From the NCBI GenBank assembly GCA_965248695.1, contig CBDFKD010000002.1:4064001-4128000 (forward strand): a DNA stretch of 64,000 nucleotides, read 5' to 3'. The notes beneath the pieces are model-generated. The model was not told the origin of the DNA, made no database searches, and was given only the letters and a program-made list of their open reading frames with translations. Origin of the DNA: Acidobacteriota bacterium. Its GTDB lineage: Bacteria > Acidobacteriota > UBA890 > WLXD01. The number at the start of each line of letters is the position of its first letter. Positions within the stretch are counted from its first letter, which is position 1. The translations under genes were made by a program, and so were the position numbers. Shown in pieces: positions 50,435 through 60,883 of the stretch.

Positions 50435-50459
50435 GATCCGATCGCGGGGCTCCGGCGTA
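50435..50459 (+). promoter_or_regulatory. Possible ECF-sigma promoter
   Basis: GATCC-N16-CGTA upstream of the DUF4331 gene; a similar CAACC-N17-CGTA lies at 48972-48997 upstream of the sigma gene. Confidence 0.35.
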
Positions 50460-50505
50460 TAGGAGGTAGGTAGCACTTCACCCACCTCCGGAAGAGGAGC
50501 ACCCC

Positions 50506-51505
50506 ATGCGCAAGCTTGCCTTGCTCGGTGTCGCCGTCGGCTTGGTCCTGGCGGTCGTTTTGTTCGTTCTCGCAGGCCTCTCCTCGATCGAGGCGGCCGA
50601 TCACCTCGACGCTCCCGATCTGTCGCCGCCGGCCCGGCAACCTGATGGCCGACCTGGCCGATCTGTTTGTGTTTCCGCCCGGGGGCGGTGCGCAGGTGGT
50701 GATAGCCACCACCTACAACCCGGCCGCCGGCGTGTTCGGCCCCGCCGGCTTCGACCCGTCAGTCGACTATGCCATCCTGGTGGACAACAACGGCGATGCC
50801 CTTGCCGACATGACCTTCACGGTGCGATTTGACACCCCGAACGCCAACGGGCGGCAGTCGTACACCTTGACTCTCGATGGCGCCACTGTGGCCTCCGGAA
50901 ACACTGGCTCGCCGGCGAAGGTGACCGGCGGCGGCCGAGTCTTCGCGGGGCTGGTCGACGACCCGTTCTTCTTCGATCTCGATGCCTTCCTGGGCAGCGG
51001 CGGGCGCGGCTTCTGCGACGGCGGCGAGACGGATTTCTTTGCCGGACTCAACGTCAACGCCATCGTTCTGCAGATGCCGGTCGCTGGTCTGGGCGACGGC
51101 GCCTTTGGCGTTTGGGCGACCACGAGCTCGGGCGGTACGAGAATCGATCGCACGGCGTTCCCGGCGATCAACACCGTGTTCATCCCTGGCAACAAGAAGA
51201 ACCGCTACAACGCCGGCAACCCGGTCGATGATCCGGCGACGTTCAGCCGCTTCCTGCGCAAGGGTTTCAAGGCCGGCGGCAATACGACGCCGACCGCCGT
51301 GGCGCTCGCCGGCGTACTGCAGCCCGACATCATGCCGTTCGATCCCGCCGCAGCCGCCGGTTTCCTCAACGGCCGCCAGCCGGCCAACGACGTCATCGAT
51401 GCTGAGCTCGGTTTGCTGACGGCCGGTGCCCTGGCCGGCGACTGCGTCGACGCCAACGACGTGCCGTTCCGGGCCACGTTCCCCTATCTCGCTCCAGCCC
51501 ACTAG
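50506..51505 (+). CDS. DUF4331-family secreted protein with an apparent +1 frameshift near 50634
   Basis: Signal peptide, ADHLDAP, DLADLFVF, VFAGLVDDPFFFDL, DFFAGLNV, NGRQPANDV and FPYLAPAH. Confidence 0.85.
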
Positions 51506-51583
51506 GCCGCTCCCGACCGCCGGCCGAGCAGCGATCGGCATCGTTGCTCGGCCGATCGGGACCTGGCTTCCACGGAGAGACAC

Positions 51584-52894
51584 ATGACCCCGCCGAACCG
51601 AGCTTCGCTCGCCATGGTGACGACCGCCGCCGCCTGTGCTCTTGCCGTGCTCATGCCTGACCCGTCGAGCTCGCCGTCGCTGGCGGAGGTTCTGGAAGAT
51701 GTCGCGGGTACCGAGGCCACTCGACTGCCGCGACTGGCGCCCGCCGCCGAGCACGTCGAGATGTTCGAGCGCCGGGTTGCGGCGCACCCGCGAAGCGCCA
51801 ACAGCCACTACATGCTGGCAACGCTGCAGGCACGACAGGCACGCGAGTCGGGCGACGAGTCGCTCTACACCGAGGCCGAGCGCGTGCTGCGGCGGGCGTT
51901 AGTGCTGCGCCCGGACTACGCCGAGGCCGAGCTGGCGTTGGCACAGGCGCTGAGCTCACAACATCGATTCGCGGAATCGGCGTCGATCGCCAGGTCGCTG
52001 ATCGAGCGCTGGCCAGAAAGTAGCGGGGCGGCGGCGACGCTCGTCGATGCCTTGACGGGAAGCGGCGACTACGACGAGGCCGCGCGACTGGTGGACGAGC
52101 TTGCGGTCGCTCATGCGGGACCCGCCGTGATGGCACGCCAGGCGGCAATCGCCGAGCTGCACGGCCGGGACGCCGAGGCGCTCGATCTGCTGTTGCGCGC
52201 CGCTCGCAGTGCAAAGGCGCGCTACGTGGCGCGATCCGAGATGGCCTGGTATCTGTTCAGGTTGTCGGAGTTCCATGCCCTTCGGGGCCGCAATCGGCAG
52301 GCACTGGCAGCAGCCGGCGCCGCACTTCGCCTGGAGCCGACTCATCTCGGTTCGCAGGTGGCTCGGGCACGTCTTCTGGCCGCGAGCGGTGCGCTCGCCG
52401 AGGCGATCGAAGGATACGAGTCCATCGTGTCGCGGGTACCGCATCCGGAGCATCTGGCGACGCTCGCCGATCTGTATCGGGGGCAGCGGCGTGATCGAGA
52501 AGCCGAGGCCTCTCTTGCGGCCGCGCTGCAAGCAGGAAGGGTCGGCGGATCCGCCGAGGACCGGCCGATGGCGCGGTTGCTGGCGGATCGGCGCTTGAGT
52601 CCGTCGGAAGCCGTGCACAGGGCACGCCGTGACCTCGAGACGCGGCGCGACGTCGAGGCGTACGACACGCTGGCCTGGGCTCTATTTGCCGCCGGAGACA
52701 TCGGCGAGGCCGCTGAGGCCATCACCACTGCCCTCCGATTCGGTACCCGCCGGGCAGACTTTCACCTGCACGCCGCCGCTATCGCCGAAGTGCGCGGACG
52801 CCAGGCTGATGCAAGCCGGCACCGTGAGGCGGCGCACGAAATCAATCCTCACGCCCGGCTGCGAGCGGCCGCACCGGCTGAGATTTCCGGGTGA
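51584..52894 (+). CDS. Tetratricopeptide repeat protein
   Basis: Ala-rich helical repeats, QHRFAE, GDYDEA and YDTLAWAL; typical neighbour of DUF4331. Confidence 0.8.
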   Translation: MTPPNRASLAMVTTAAACALAVLMPDPSSSPSLAEVLEDVAGTEATRLPRLAPAAEHVEMFERRVAAHPRSANSHYMLATLQARQARESGDESLYTEAERVLRRALVLRPDYAEAELALAQALSSQHRFAESASIARSLIERWPESSGAAATLVDALTGSGDYDEAARLVDELAVAHAGPAVMARQAAIAELHGRDAEALDLLLRAARSAKARYVARSEMAWYLFRLSEFHALRGRNRQALAAAGAALRLEPTHLGSQVARARLLAASGALAEAIEGYESIVSRVPHPEHLATLADLYRGQRRDREAEASLAAALQAGRVGGSAEDRPMARLLADRRLSPSEAVHRARRDLETRRDVEAYDTLAWALFAAGDIGEAAEAITTALRFGTRRADFHLHAAAIAEVRGRQADASRHREAAHEINPHARLRAAAPAEISG

Positions 52895-53068
52895 ACCGCG
52901 TACGGAAAGCGTCGTCACGTGGTCCCGGGTACCGGTAGTCCTCGGGCACAGCCAGGTGCGTGGGGGCAGTCGATCGCCTAGAATCTGGCAAGAACGCCCT
53001 GTTTCGGCGCGCTGGCGACGCCCCCACCCCCGCCGGCAGCGCCACTTGCGTGAGTCCCGACGTGCACC

Positions 53069-54481
53069 ATGCCTCGTCCATCCAGTAGCTCTACCTGGAT
53101 CTGCACCGGCGCCTCCGTGTTCTTGCTTGCCCAGGCGGCCGACACCGTCGATCTGATGGCCAGCTATCCGCTGGCGGCGGGCCTGAACGGTGGCCTGGGC
53201 TGGGCCTCGTCCGACTACCGCTGCGTCGATTGCAACGTGATCCTCGTGTCGATCGACACACTCCGTCAGGACCACGTCGGCGCCTACGGGTATGAGCGCG
53301 ACACGACGCCCAACGTCGATTCCTTTGCCGCCGAGTCGGTACGTTTCGATCACGCCATCGCGATGGCGCCGTCGACCCTGCCGTCGCACGCCTCGATCTT
53401 CACCTCGATGATCCCCGAGCACCATCGGGCGTTCCGTTCCACCGAGCGTCCGCTGCCCGACGAGGCGGTCACCATGGCGGAGATTCTCTTCCAGGCCGGG
53501 TACCGCACCGGCGGCTTTACGGCCGGCGCGCAGATGCACCAGAAATACAACGTCGATCAGGGATTCGACGTGTACGACTCGTTCGAACAGGAGATGACCC
53601 ACGCGTCACGATTCAGTGACATCGTCGAGAAGGGGAAGGGTTTTCTCGAGGAGTACGGCGACGAGCAGTTCTTCTTGTTCCTGCACACCTACGAGGTGCA
53701 CACGCCGTACACGCCGCCGCCGGAGCTTCTCGAGACGTTCGATCCGGGCTACGACGGGGATCTCGGCGACACCATCACGCTGCAGTATCTGAAATCGGTC
53801 TTCGAAAATCCGGTGCGACTACGAGTATCGGAAAAGGACCGCCGCCACATCATTGCCGCCTACGATGGCGAGATCCGCAACATGGACGCGGCCTTCGGCG
53901 ACCTCGTCACGTACCTGAGGGAGCGGCAGCTCTACGACAACACGCTGATCATCTTCACCTCTGACCACGGCGAGGAATTCGGCGAGCGAGGGCGGCATGG
54001 ATGGCACTCCTGGACGCTCTACGATGAGCTGCTGACCGTGCCGCTGCTGATCAAGCTGCCACGCTCACGCTACGCTGGTAGGGCCGTCGGTGAGGTGGCG
54101 CGTGGGATCGACGTCCTGCCCACGATGGTGGACCTGCTCGACATCGACACCACGGCGCGCTTCGAGGGTCATAGTCTGATGGACCGGGTGCTGAATCGGC
54201 GTTCCGACGTCGTGTTCGCAGTCAGCCAGCGGGATTATCCCGGTACGCTGCCGACCGCGATCCGGACCACCCGGTGGAAGCTGTACGACGGCGCACTGTA
54301 CGACCTCGCAGCCGACCCGATCGAGCGCGTGGACGTCTCGGCCGAGTATCCGCACGTCAAGGCCGCGCTGGAGGCCAACCTGGCGGTGATTCGCAGTCAC
54401 AGCGCGCTCGCGGATGCAGATCCCATCGAGCTCGACGAGGCGCTACGGCGCGAGCTTCGAGATCTGGGCTACATTCAGTAG
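53069..54481 (+). CDS. Sulfatase-like hydrolase/transferase
   Basis: NVILVSIDTLRQDH, TPNVD, STLPSHASIFT, FLHTYEVHTPY, YDGEI, TSDHGEEF and LRDLGYI; start uncertain. Confidence 0.85.
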   Translation: MPRPSSSSTWICTGASVFLLAQAADTVDLMASYPLAAGLNGGLGWASSDYRCVDCNVILVSIDTLRQDHVGAYGYERDTTPNVDSFAAESVRFDHAIAMAPSTLPSHASIFTSMIPEHHRAFRSTERPLPDEAVTMAEILFQAGYRTGGFTAGAQMHQKYNVDQGFDVYDSFEQEMTHASRFSDIVEKGKGFLEEYGDEQFFLFLHTYEVHTPYTPPPELLETFDPGYDGDLGDTITLQYLKSVFENPVRLRVSEKDRRHIIAAYDGEIRNMDAAFGDLVTYLRERQLYDNTLIIFTSDHGEEFGERGRHGWHSWTLYDELLTVPLLIKLPRSRYAGRAVGEVARGIDVLPTMVDLLDIDTTARFEGHSLMDRVLNRRSDVVFAVSQRDYPGTLPTAIRTTRWKLYDGALYDLAADPIERVDVSAEYPHVKAALEANLAVIRSHSALADADPIELDEALRRELRDLGYIQ

Positions 54482-54501
54482 TCGCGGCCTTTTCGACTCA
54501 C

Positions 54502-55550
54502 TCAGCTGCGCAGCCGCTCGTAGGCGGCGCCGTCCAGCTGCTCGCGATCGCCGAGATCGGCTTCGACATCGCTGGCCCACTCGCCGAGCATCGCCTTGGG
54601 ACCGGCGTGCAGCAGGAGCAGCTCGGCACCGAAGCCCGACCCGTAGGAAAACGCCGCCAGTCGCTGGCCCTCCACCAGGCCGCGTAGCGCGTTGGCCACC
54701 GAGATCCACAGGCTCGCCGTATAGGCGTTGCCGCAGAGCCGATTCCACAGCATCGTAGGGCCGACTTTCTGCTCGAATAACCGCTCGATGTCCTCGAGGC
54801 TCCAGCCGAAATGCTCGCCGACGCGGTGCACGGTCTTGCGGACCATCTTCGGGAAGGGCACGTGGAAGCAGATTGCGGCGAGCTCCGCGAAGACCTTTTC
54901 CGGGTCGCGCTCCCGTACCAAGGCACGGAAGCAGCGTTCTGCGGCGCGTCGGTAGCAATCGAGGCTCAGCGCTCCATCAACCCGTGGAAACGATTCGCCG
55001 ACCGGGCGGAAGAAGTCGAACTGCGGCTCGCTCCAGGCGTGCGATTCCTGTTCGATGGAGGCTACGGTGGGTTCGGCGATGATCATGGCGGCGGCGCCGG
55101 CGCCTTGCGTCGGCTCGCCCGGATCGCCTGGCTCGTACAGCGACACGTCGGCGGCGATGACGAGGGCTGCGCGGTCTGCCGCAGCACCGGACATGCGCCA
55201 CTTTGCTTGACCTCGTAGGAGCGTACTGCTCCGCCGAGATCCAACCGGTCGGCTACAAAGGCGCTCAGGGGGCGGCTCATATCGACCGCAGTCTCGGTGC
55301 CGACGGCAAGCAACCCGATGCGCGAACGATCCCCTTCCCAGCGGTCGAGCGCGCGCTCGGCCGCCTTGACGGCCAGATCGACAACGCCATAGCCGGGCGG
55401 GCAGAGCGACATCTGATCGCAGCCGAGGCCGATCTTGTACTTGTCGGGATCGACGCCGCGCAGCTCGGCGAGACTGTCGAGGTCCATTGACAGCGGTGGT
55501 AGGGCCAGCCCGATCGAAGCGATGCCGGTATCCGGACGCTGTGCGTGCAC
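54502..55550 (-). pseudogene. HMG-CoA synthase family protein with internal deletion/frameshift at the catalytic-Cys segment
   Basis: DPDKYKIGLG, VGTETAVD, YEVK; then in another frame GEPTQGAGAAA, FHVPFPKM, GNAYTAS and FSYGSG. The ACYG segment is absent near 55200. Confidence 0.8.
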
Positions 55551-55767
55551 TGCTCCTGCTCCCGATGAAATGAAGGCGGGGTTGCTGACCCAGGCGAGGG
55601 CACGGTCAGGATAAATGGCTCCAGTCCCCATGTCTGGAGTCACCGAAGTGTAGGAGCGCAAGCATACCTACGGCAAGCCGTCGGGGGCGTCGCCGATCAA
55701 TGAAGCAAGGCCCTTGGGGGCGTTATGCTAGGGTAAAGCGCCCTTCAAACGGTCCCCTCCGGGTCTC

Positions 55768-57069
55768 ATGCACGACTCCACTTCGATCGTTCGTTTGCTG
55801 CGCGATTTGACGCGCCGAGCGCGGACCAACCGCGTGCTTCAGGAGATCGCCGATTCGGTCGGCGGTGCGCTGGCGGTGTGGCTGATCATCGCATTGTGGA
55901 ATGCCACAATGCCGCGCGGGCTCATCGTCGGCTGGCCGTTGTTCGCGCTCGTTGCCGTCGCCGCCGCGGTGCGCGTCGCTGTGCGGGTTGCCCGACCGAC
56001 GCCGCTTTGGAAGGCGGCCGCGCGCGCCGATGAGGTCGCCGATCTGACCGACGAGCTCACCTCGGCATACTGGTTCGTACGCAACCCGGAGGAGGATGAC
56101 TGGGTCGGCGCCCATGTCGAGCGCGCTGCCGAAACCGCCCGCACGCTGGACGGCGGTAAGTTGGTCCCGGTTCGTCGCCCGCAGCGGCTCGGTGTTGCTG
56201 GTGGTTGCCTCGCCGGTTTGTTGGCCGTGGCGCTCTTGCCGGTCCCCCGTGTGTTCGAGACCGTCGTCGACCGGTTGAGCGAAATCGCCCTGAGGGAAGA
56301 ACCCGACGATGAGGGCATGGGGCCGCTAGCGGCGCTCGAGGAGGCCACCGATGCAGCCTCCCGCGCCAACCAGACCGAGCCCCCGCGCGCCGACGATCAG
56401 CTGCTCTTACCGCAGCCCGGCGACGAGGAGCAGATGGCGGACAGCGGGCTCGAGGAAGACGGCGCGCTCGAGGAGCAGGAGCCGGATCCCGAAGGCGCGT
56501 TCATGGAAGGGGATGAGGCTGGCGAGGAAGGGGAGGCGGGCGAAGAAGGACAGGAGACTCAGGTCGAGAACCCCGAGGACCTCCCAGCCGACACAGAGGG
56601 TGAGCAGGCGCCCGACCCGAACGCCAGCCAGCAGGAGGGCCAGGGGGAATCGACCGAGGAGAGCGGTACGACGTTGCCGGGTGGTGACGAGGTGTTCCTG
56701 CAGCAGGGCACCGACGAGGCCGATCAGGCGCAGCTCGGTGAGGAAGAGGTAGGCCACGCGACGCGTGAAGGCGGTGAAGAGCAGGAGCTGTTCGAAGGCG
56801 AGCTGAGCACGTTGGAGGTAGAGCTGCAGCGCGAGATCCTGGCGTTGCCCGAGGACGAGGGGGAGGAAGAACCGGAGGAGCAAGAGGAGCTGGTGATCAA
56901 GGCCGAGGAGTCGCGGTTGGCGTTCCAGGAAGTCGAGACTCCGAGCGAGTTCGCCGAGCAGGAGCTGCTGCAGACCGAGATCGTGCCGTGGGCTTACCGG
57001 GACCTCGTACGGATGTACTTCCAGACGCTGCGTGAACGTGACAACCAGAAAGAAGACCAAGAGCGATGA
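55768..57069 (+). CDS. Membrane protein with a long acidic low-complexity tail (MoxR-operon associated)
   Basis: N-terminal TM helices, DELTSA, E/D/G-rich region, C-terminal VP..YRDLVR.YF; overlaps the next start codon. Confidence 0.75.
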   Translation: MHDSTSIVRLLRDLTRRARTNRVLQEIADSVGGALAVWLIIALWNATMPRGLIVGWPLFALVAVAAAVRVAVRVARPTPLWKAAARADEVADLTDELTSAYWFVRNPEEDDWVGAHVERAAETARTLDGGKLVPVRRPQRLGVAGGCLAGLLAVALLPVPRVFETVVDRLSEIALREEPDDEGMGPLAALEEATDAASRANQTEPPRADDQLLLPQPGDEEQMADSGLEEDGALEEQEPDPEGAFMEGDEAGEEGEAGEEGQETQVENPEDLPADTEGEQAPDPNASQQEGQGESTEESGTTLPGGDEVFLQQGTDEADQAQLGEEEVGHATREGGEEQELFEGELSTLEVELQREILALPEDEGEEEPEEQEELVIKAEESRLAFQEVETPSEFAEQELLQTEIVPWAYRDLVRMYFQTLRERDNQKEDQER

Positions 57070-58058
57070 TCGAAGTCGAACAGAGCATCGATAACTTCCA
57101 GGGGCGGTTCGCGATCGTCCGCGATGAGATCGGCAAGGTCATCGTCGGCAACGCCGACGTGATCACCGGCATCCTGACGGCGCTGCTGGCCGGCGGCCAC
57201 GCGTTGCTAGAGGGGATCCCGGGCCTTGGCAAGACCAAGCTCGTGCACACCCTTGCCGACGTGCTGCACCTGGATTTTCACCGTATTCAGTTCACCCCCG
57301 ACCTGATGCCGGCTGACATCGTGGGAACGAACGTCGTCCACGAGACGCCGGACGGAGCCCGGCGCCTCGATTTCCAGCCAGGGCCGATCTTTGCCAACAT
57401 CATCCTGGCCGACGAGATCAACCGCGCGACGCCGAAGACGCAGTCGGCGTTGCTCGAAGCGATGCAAGAGAACAGCGTCTCGGTGGGCCGCAAGACGTAC
57501 TCGCTCGAACAGCCGTTCTTCGTTCTCGCGACGCAGAACCCGCTAGAGATGGAAGGAACGTATCCGCTGCCCGAGGCACAGCTCGATCGGTTCCTCTTCA
57601 AGCTCAAGCTCGATTTTCCCAGCATCGACAACCTGCACGAGATCATGGAGCGCACCACGCAAGTTGACGAGCCAACCGTGGAGCGGGTGCTCGACGGCGA
57701 GGAAATCGTCGAGATGCGCAAGACGGTACGGTCGGTGCCGATCTCCAAGCCGGTGCAGGACTACGCCATTCGGCTCACTCTGGCAACGCATCCCGGCAAC
57801 GAGCACGCCGTCGACGAGACCGAGCGCTACGTGCGCTACGGGGCGGGTCCGCGGGCGATTCAGGCGCTCGTCCTCGCCGGCAAGATTCGGGCGCTGCTGC
57901 ACGATCGGGTGCACGTTGCGGCGGAGGACATCCGTGCCATGTTGATGCCGGCGCTGCGACACCGCGTGCTGCTCAACTTCGAGGGCGAAGCCGACCGCGT
58001 CGACACCGACACCATCCTGGCGGCTATTCTGGAGAGCCTGCCGGGGCCCCGCGAGTAG
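57066..58058 (+). CDS. moxR: MoxR-family AAA+ ATPase
   Basis: GIPGLGKT, RIQFTPDLMPADI, LADEINRATPKTQSALLEAMQE and ATQNPLEMEGTYPLPEAQLDRF. Confidence 0.95.
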   Translation: MIEVEQSIDNFQGRFAIVRDEIGKVIVGNADVITGILTALLAGGHALLEGIPGLGKTKLVHTLADVLHLDFHRIQFTPDLMPADIVGTNVVHETPDGARRLDFQPGPIFANIILADEINRATPKTQSALLEAMQENSVSVGRKTYSLEQPFFVLATQNPLEMEGTYPLPEAQLDRFLFKLKLDFPSIDNLHEIMERTTQVDEPTVERVLDGEEIVEMRKTVRSVPISKPVQDYAIRLTLATHPGNEHAVDETERYVRYGAGPRAIQALVLAGKIRALLHDRVHVAAEDIRAMLMPALRHRVLLNFEGEADRVDTDTILAAILESLPGPRE

Positions 58059-58085
58059 AGACCCCGTGATCGCGCGAGCGCGCTA

Positions 58086-59000
58086 ATGAGTGCAGCCACG
58101 GCCGAGCCGCTGAGTGACGGCGGCCTGGGACCGTTCGACGAGGAGTTCCTGCGCAAGCTCGAGCTCCTCAGCGTGGTCTCCAAGCGCTTACTGTCAGGGC
58201 AGTTCAAGGCCGAGCGCCGGGCTCGCAAAGTAGGTGCCGGAGTGGAGTTCGCCGACTATCGTGGCTACGTGCCCGGCGACGACACTCGGGCAGTCGACTG
58301 GCGTGCCTACATGCGACTCGACCGCCTGATTCTGCGGCTGTTCGAGGAGGAGACCGACCTTCCGATCTATCTCTTCGTCGACGCCAGTCGGTCGATGGGG
58401 ACAGACGGGGGCAGGAAGCTCGACTACGCCAAGAAGGTGGCGGCCGCCCTGGCCTACATCGGTCTGTCGAATATGGATCGGGTCAACCTTGTCGTCTTCG
58501 CAGAGGGAATCATCGAGGAGCTACCGGCGCAGCGCAGCAAGGGCCAGATCTTCAGCATCCTGCGGTTTCTGTCACGCGTGCGCGCCAGCGACGAGACCAA
58601 CGCCGGCGAGGCCTTCCATCGCTTCTTTACCGCCAAGCGCCGTCGCGGGATGACGGTGGCGATCTCCGACTTCTTCGATTCCCACGGTGCCACCAGCGCC
58701 TTCGATATCGTGCGTTACCGCCGCCAGGACCTGCTGGCCGTGCACGTCGCCAGCCCGCAAGACATGTCGCCCGTTCTGAACGGCGAGGTGACGCTGGTGG
58801 ATTCCGAGACGCGGCAGCCGCGCGACGTTACGGTGACGCCGACGCTTCTGCGTGCCTACGAAGAGGAGTTCGATCGCTATAGCGATGAGCTCGAGCGGTA
58901 TTGCGCGCTCTACGGCTTCAGCTACGTACGGACGCTCACCGAGCATCCCTTCGAGGACCTGATCCTGCAGGTCATGCGGCAGGGGAGGTTCCTGTCGTGA
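58086..59000 (+). CDS. DUF58 domain protein
   Basis: GVEFADYRGYVPGDD.R.VDW, VDASRSM and ISDFF. Confidence 0.92.
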   Translation: MSAATAEPLSDGGLGPFDEEFLRKLELLSVVSKRLLSGQFKAERRARKVGAGVEFADYRGYVPGDDTRAVDWRAYMRLDRLILRLFEEETDLPIYLFVDASRSMGTDGGRKLDYAKKVAAALAYIGLSNMDRVNLVVFAEGIIEELPAQRSKGQIFSILRFLSRVRASDETNAGEAFHRFFTAKRRRGMTVAISDFFDSHGATSAFDIVRYRRQDLLAVHVASPQDMSPVLNGEVTLVDSETRQPRDVTVTPTLLRAYEEEFDRYSDELERYCALYGFSYVRTLTEHPFEDLILQVMRQGRFLS

Positions 59001-59007
59001 GGGTGCG

Positions 59008-60828
59008 ATGACGTTCCTGGCGATGGCGCAATGGCAGGCCTGGGTGCTGCTGGTGGCGACCGCGGTGGCGATCGTGGTGATCTTCTTTCTGCGCATCCAG
59101 CATCGTCGGGTGGTTGTTTCGTCGTCGTTCCTGTGGGATCGCGTGCTCGAGAGGCGCAAGCGACGCTCGTGGATGGAGTTGCTGCGGCGGTTGATCTCGC
59201 TGCTCATCGCGCTCGCTATCGGCTTGTCGCTGGTGATGGTGTTCTCCGAGGCGGAGCTCGGCGGCGCCGGTCGTACTCCGCGCGATATCCGCCTCGTGAT
59301 CGACATACGGCCGCACATGGCAGCCCAGATGGGCGACGGGCGCTCGCGCCTTCAGGCGGCGCGCGATCGGGCTGCCGAGCTGCTCGGGGGTGGCTCCGGA
59401 GCCGACAGTTTCACGGTGTACGACACGGACGGCCGTCTGATCTCTGCTCGCACCCGCGACCGGATCGAGGTGAGCGAGGATCTCGTCGACGTGCAGGCGA
59501 TCGGCTCACGCTTCGTTCTACCCGACCCGGAGGCGGGCACCGAAACGTGGGTGTTGACCGACGGTGTCAGCTTGCCGCCGTTGCCCCTCGATTATCGTGT
59601 CACCACGGTCTACGAGCCGGCCGTCAACGTCGGTGTGACGTCTTTCGAGGTGCGCCCCTGGCCGTCGGACCCCTACCGCTATGAAGCGTTCCTGGAGGTG
59701 GGCAATTTCTCCCCCGCGGCGCAAGAAACGACGATCGTGTTGCGCGACGCCGGCGGCGTGCAGTTTCGCCGCACCGTCGAGCTACAAGCCGGTGAGCTTT
59801 ATCGCAACACTTTCGATCTTAGCCCCCTGGAGGGCGGCGTCCTTGAGGCAGAAGTACGCGCCGAAGGGGACGCGTTGGATCTGGACGATAGCGCCTACCT
59901 GCTGGTGGCCGAGCAACGCGCACAGCAGATCGCCGTAGTCAGCCAGCGACCGTCGGCGCTCTCGGAGCTTCTGCTCGAGCTGCCGCATCTTGAGCTCACC
60001 GCGATGACGCCGACGCAGTACGAGGACTGGAGGACCGATGTCGGCAGCGGCGGCGTCGGCGGTATGGCTCAGGTGACGGTGCAAGCGCCGTCGTTCGACG
60101 GCTTCATCTTCGAGGGCTACGCACCCGGAGAACCGCCGCTGACTCCGGCGGTGTTGTTCGGCCCATCAGACGTCAGCTGGCTGCCGCGGGCTCAGGGAGC
60201 GGTGCGCGACGTCGCGGTAACGAGTGCCGATCTGACATCCACGATCATGCAGTTCGTAGATCTGCACGACGTCAAGGTCGGGCGGGCGGTACGCGTCGAT
60301 CCGGGCGACGCCACGAGGCTCGCCGGCGACGGGAACGTGCCTTTGATCCTCAGCGGTCGGAGCGCGACCGCGCCATGGATCATGACCACGTTTGCCCTCG
60401 GAGACTCCGATTTCGAACAGAGTCTCGGGTTTCCCATCTTCGTGACCAACGTCCTGCGCTGGTTCCGACCGCACGCTGCTTCTCGTGGTGCCAACCTCGG
60501 AGACGTGTTGCTGACCGCCGTTGGCGTGACCGTGGTCGACGTGCTGTCGGCCGAATCGGTGCCGCTACGCCGTTCGGGCGACCGCAGCTACTTCACCGCG
60601 TTGCGGCCGGGGCTCTTTATGGCAACGAGCAACGAGGGGCGGGTGCCGATCTCGGTCAACGCCGGAGGTCGGGATACCTCGGCAATCAACCGCACCGCCC
60701 TCGACGCCGATGCCGCCAACCTCGAAGTGCCCGCGATGGCTCGGCGGCTCTGGCCGATGCTGCTGGCGCTGGTGGCACTCCTGCTGGCGCTCGAAGCGCT
60801 GACCTATCACCGGAGGATCACTGTCTAG
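59008..60828 (+). CDS. BatA-domain/VWA-like membrane protein
   Basis: BatA-like N-terminus (FFLR...VVSSSFLW), VLTDG, NVGV, SDF...FP and a C-terminal TM helix. Confidence 0.8.
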   Translation: MTFLAMAQWQAWVLLVATAVAIVVIFFLRIQHRRVVVSSSFLWDRVLERRKRRSWMELLRRLISLLIALAIGLSLVMVFSEAELGGAGRTPRDIRLVIDIRPHMAAQMGDGRSRLQAARDRAAELLGGGSGADSFTVYDTDGRLISARTRDRIEVSEDLVDVQAIGSRFVLPDPEAGTETWVLTDGVSLPPLPLDYRVTTVYEPAVNVGVTSFEVRPWPSDPYRYEAFLEVGNFSPAAQETTIVLRDAGGVQFRRTVELQAGELYRNTFDLSPLEGGVLEAEVRAEGDALDLDDSAYLLVAEQRAQQIAVVSQRPSALSELLLELPHLELTAMTPTQYEDWRTDVGSGGVGGMAQVTVQAPSFDGFIFEGYAPGEPPLTPAVLFGPSDVSWLPRAQGAVRDVAVTSADLTSTIMQFVDLHDVKVGRAVRVDPGDATRLAGDGNVPLILSGRSATAPWIMTTFALGDSDFEQSLGFPIFVTNVLRWFRPHAASRGANLGDVLLTAVGVTVVDVLSAESVPLRRSGDRSYFTALRPGLFMATSNEGRVPISVNAGGRDTSAINRTALDADAANLEVPAMARRLWPMLLALVALLLALEALTYHRRITV

Positions 60829-60883
60829 TGGGCGGTTACAGGCCACCGGTCAGCCGCCCGCGAGACGAGGCAGCCTGACGTCA

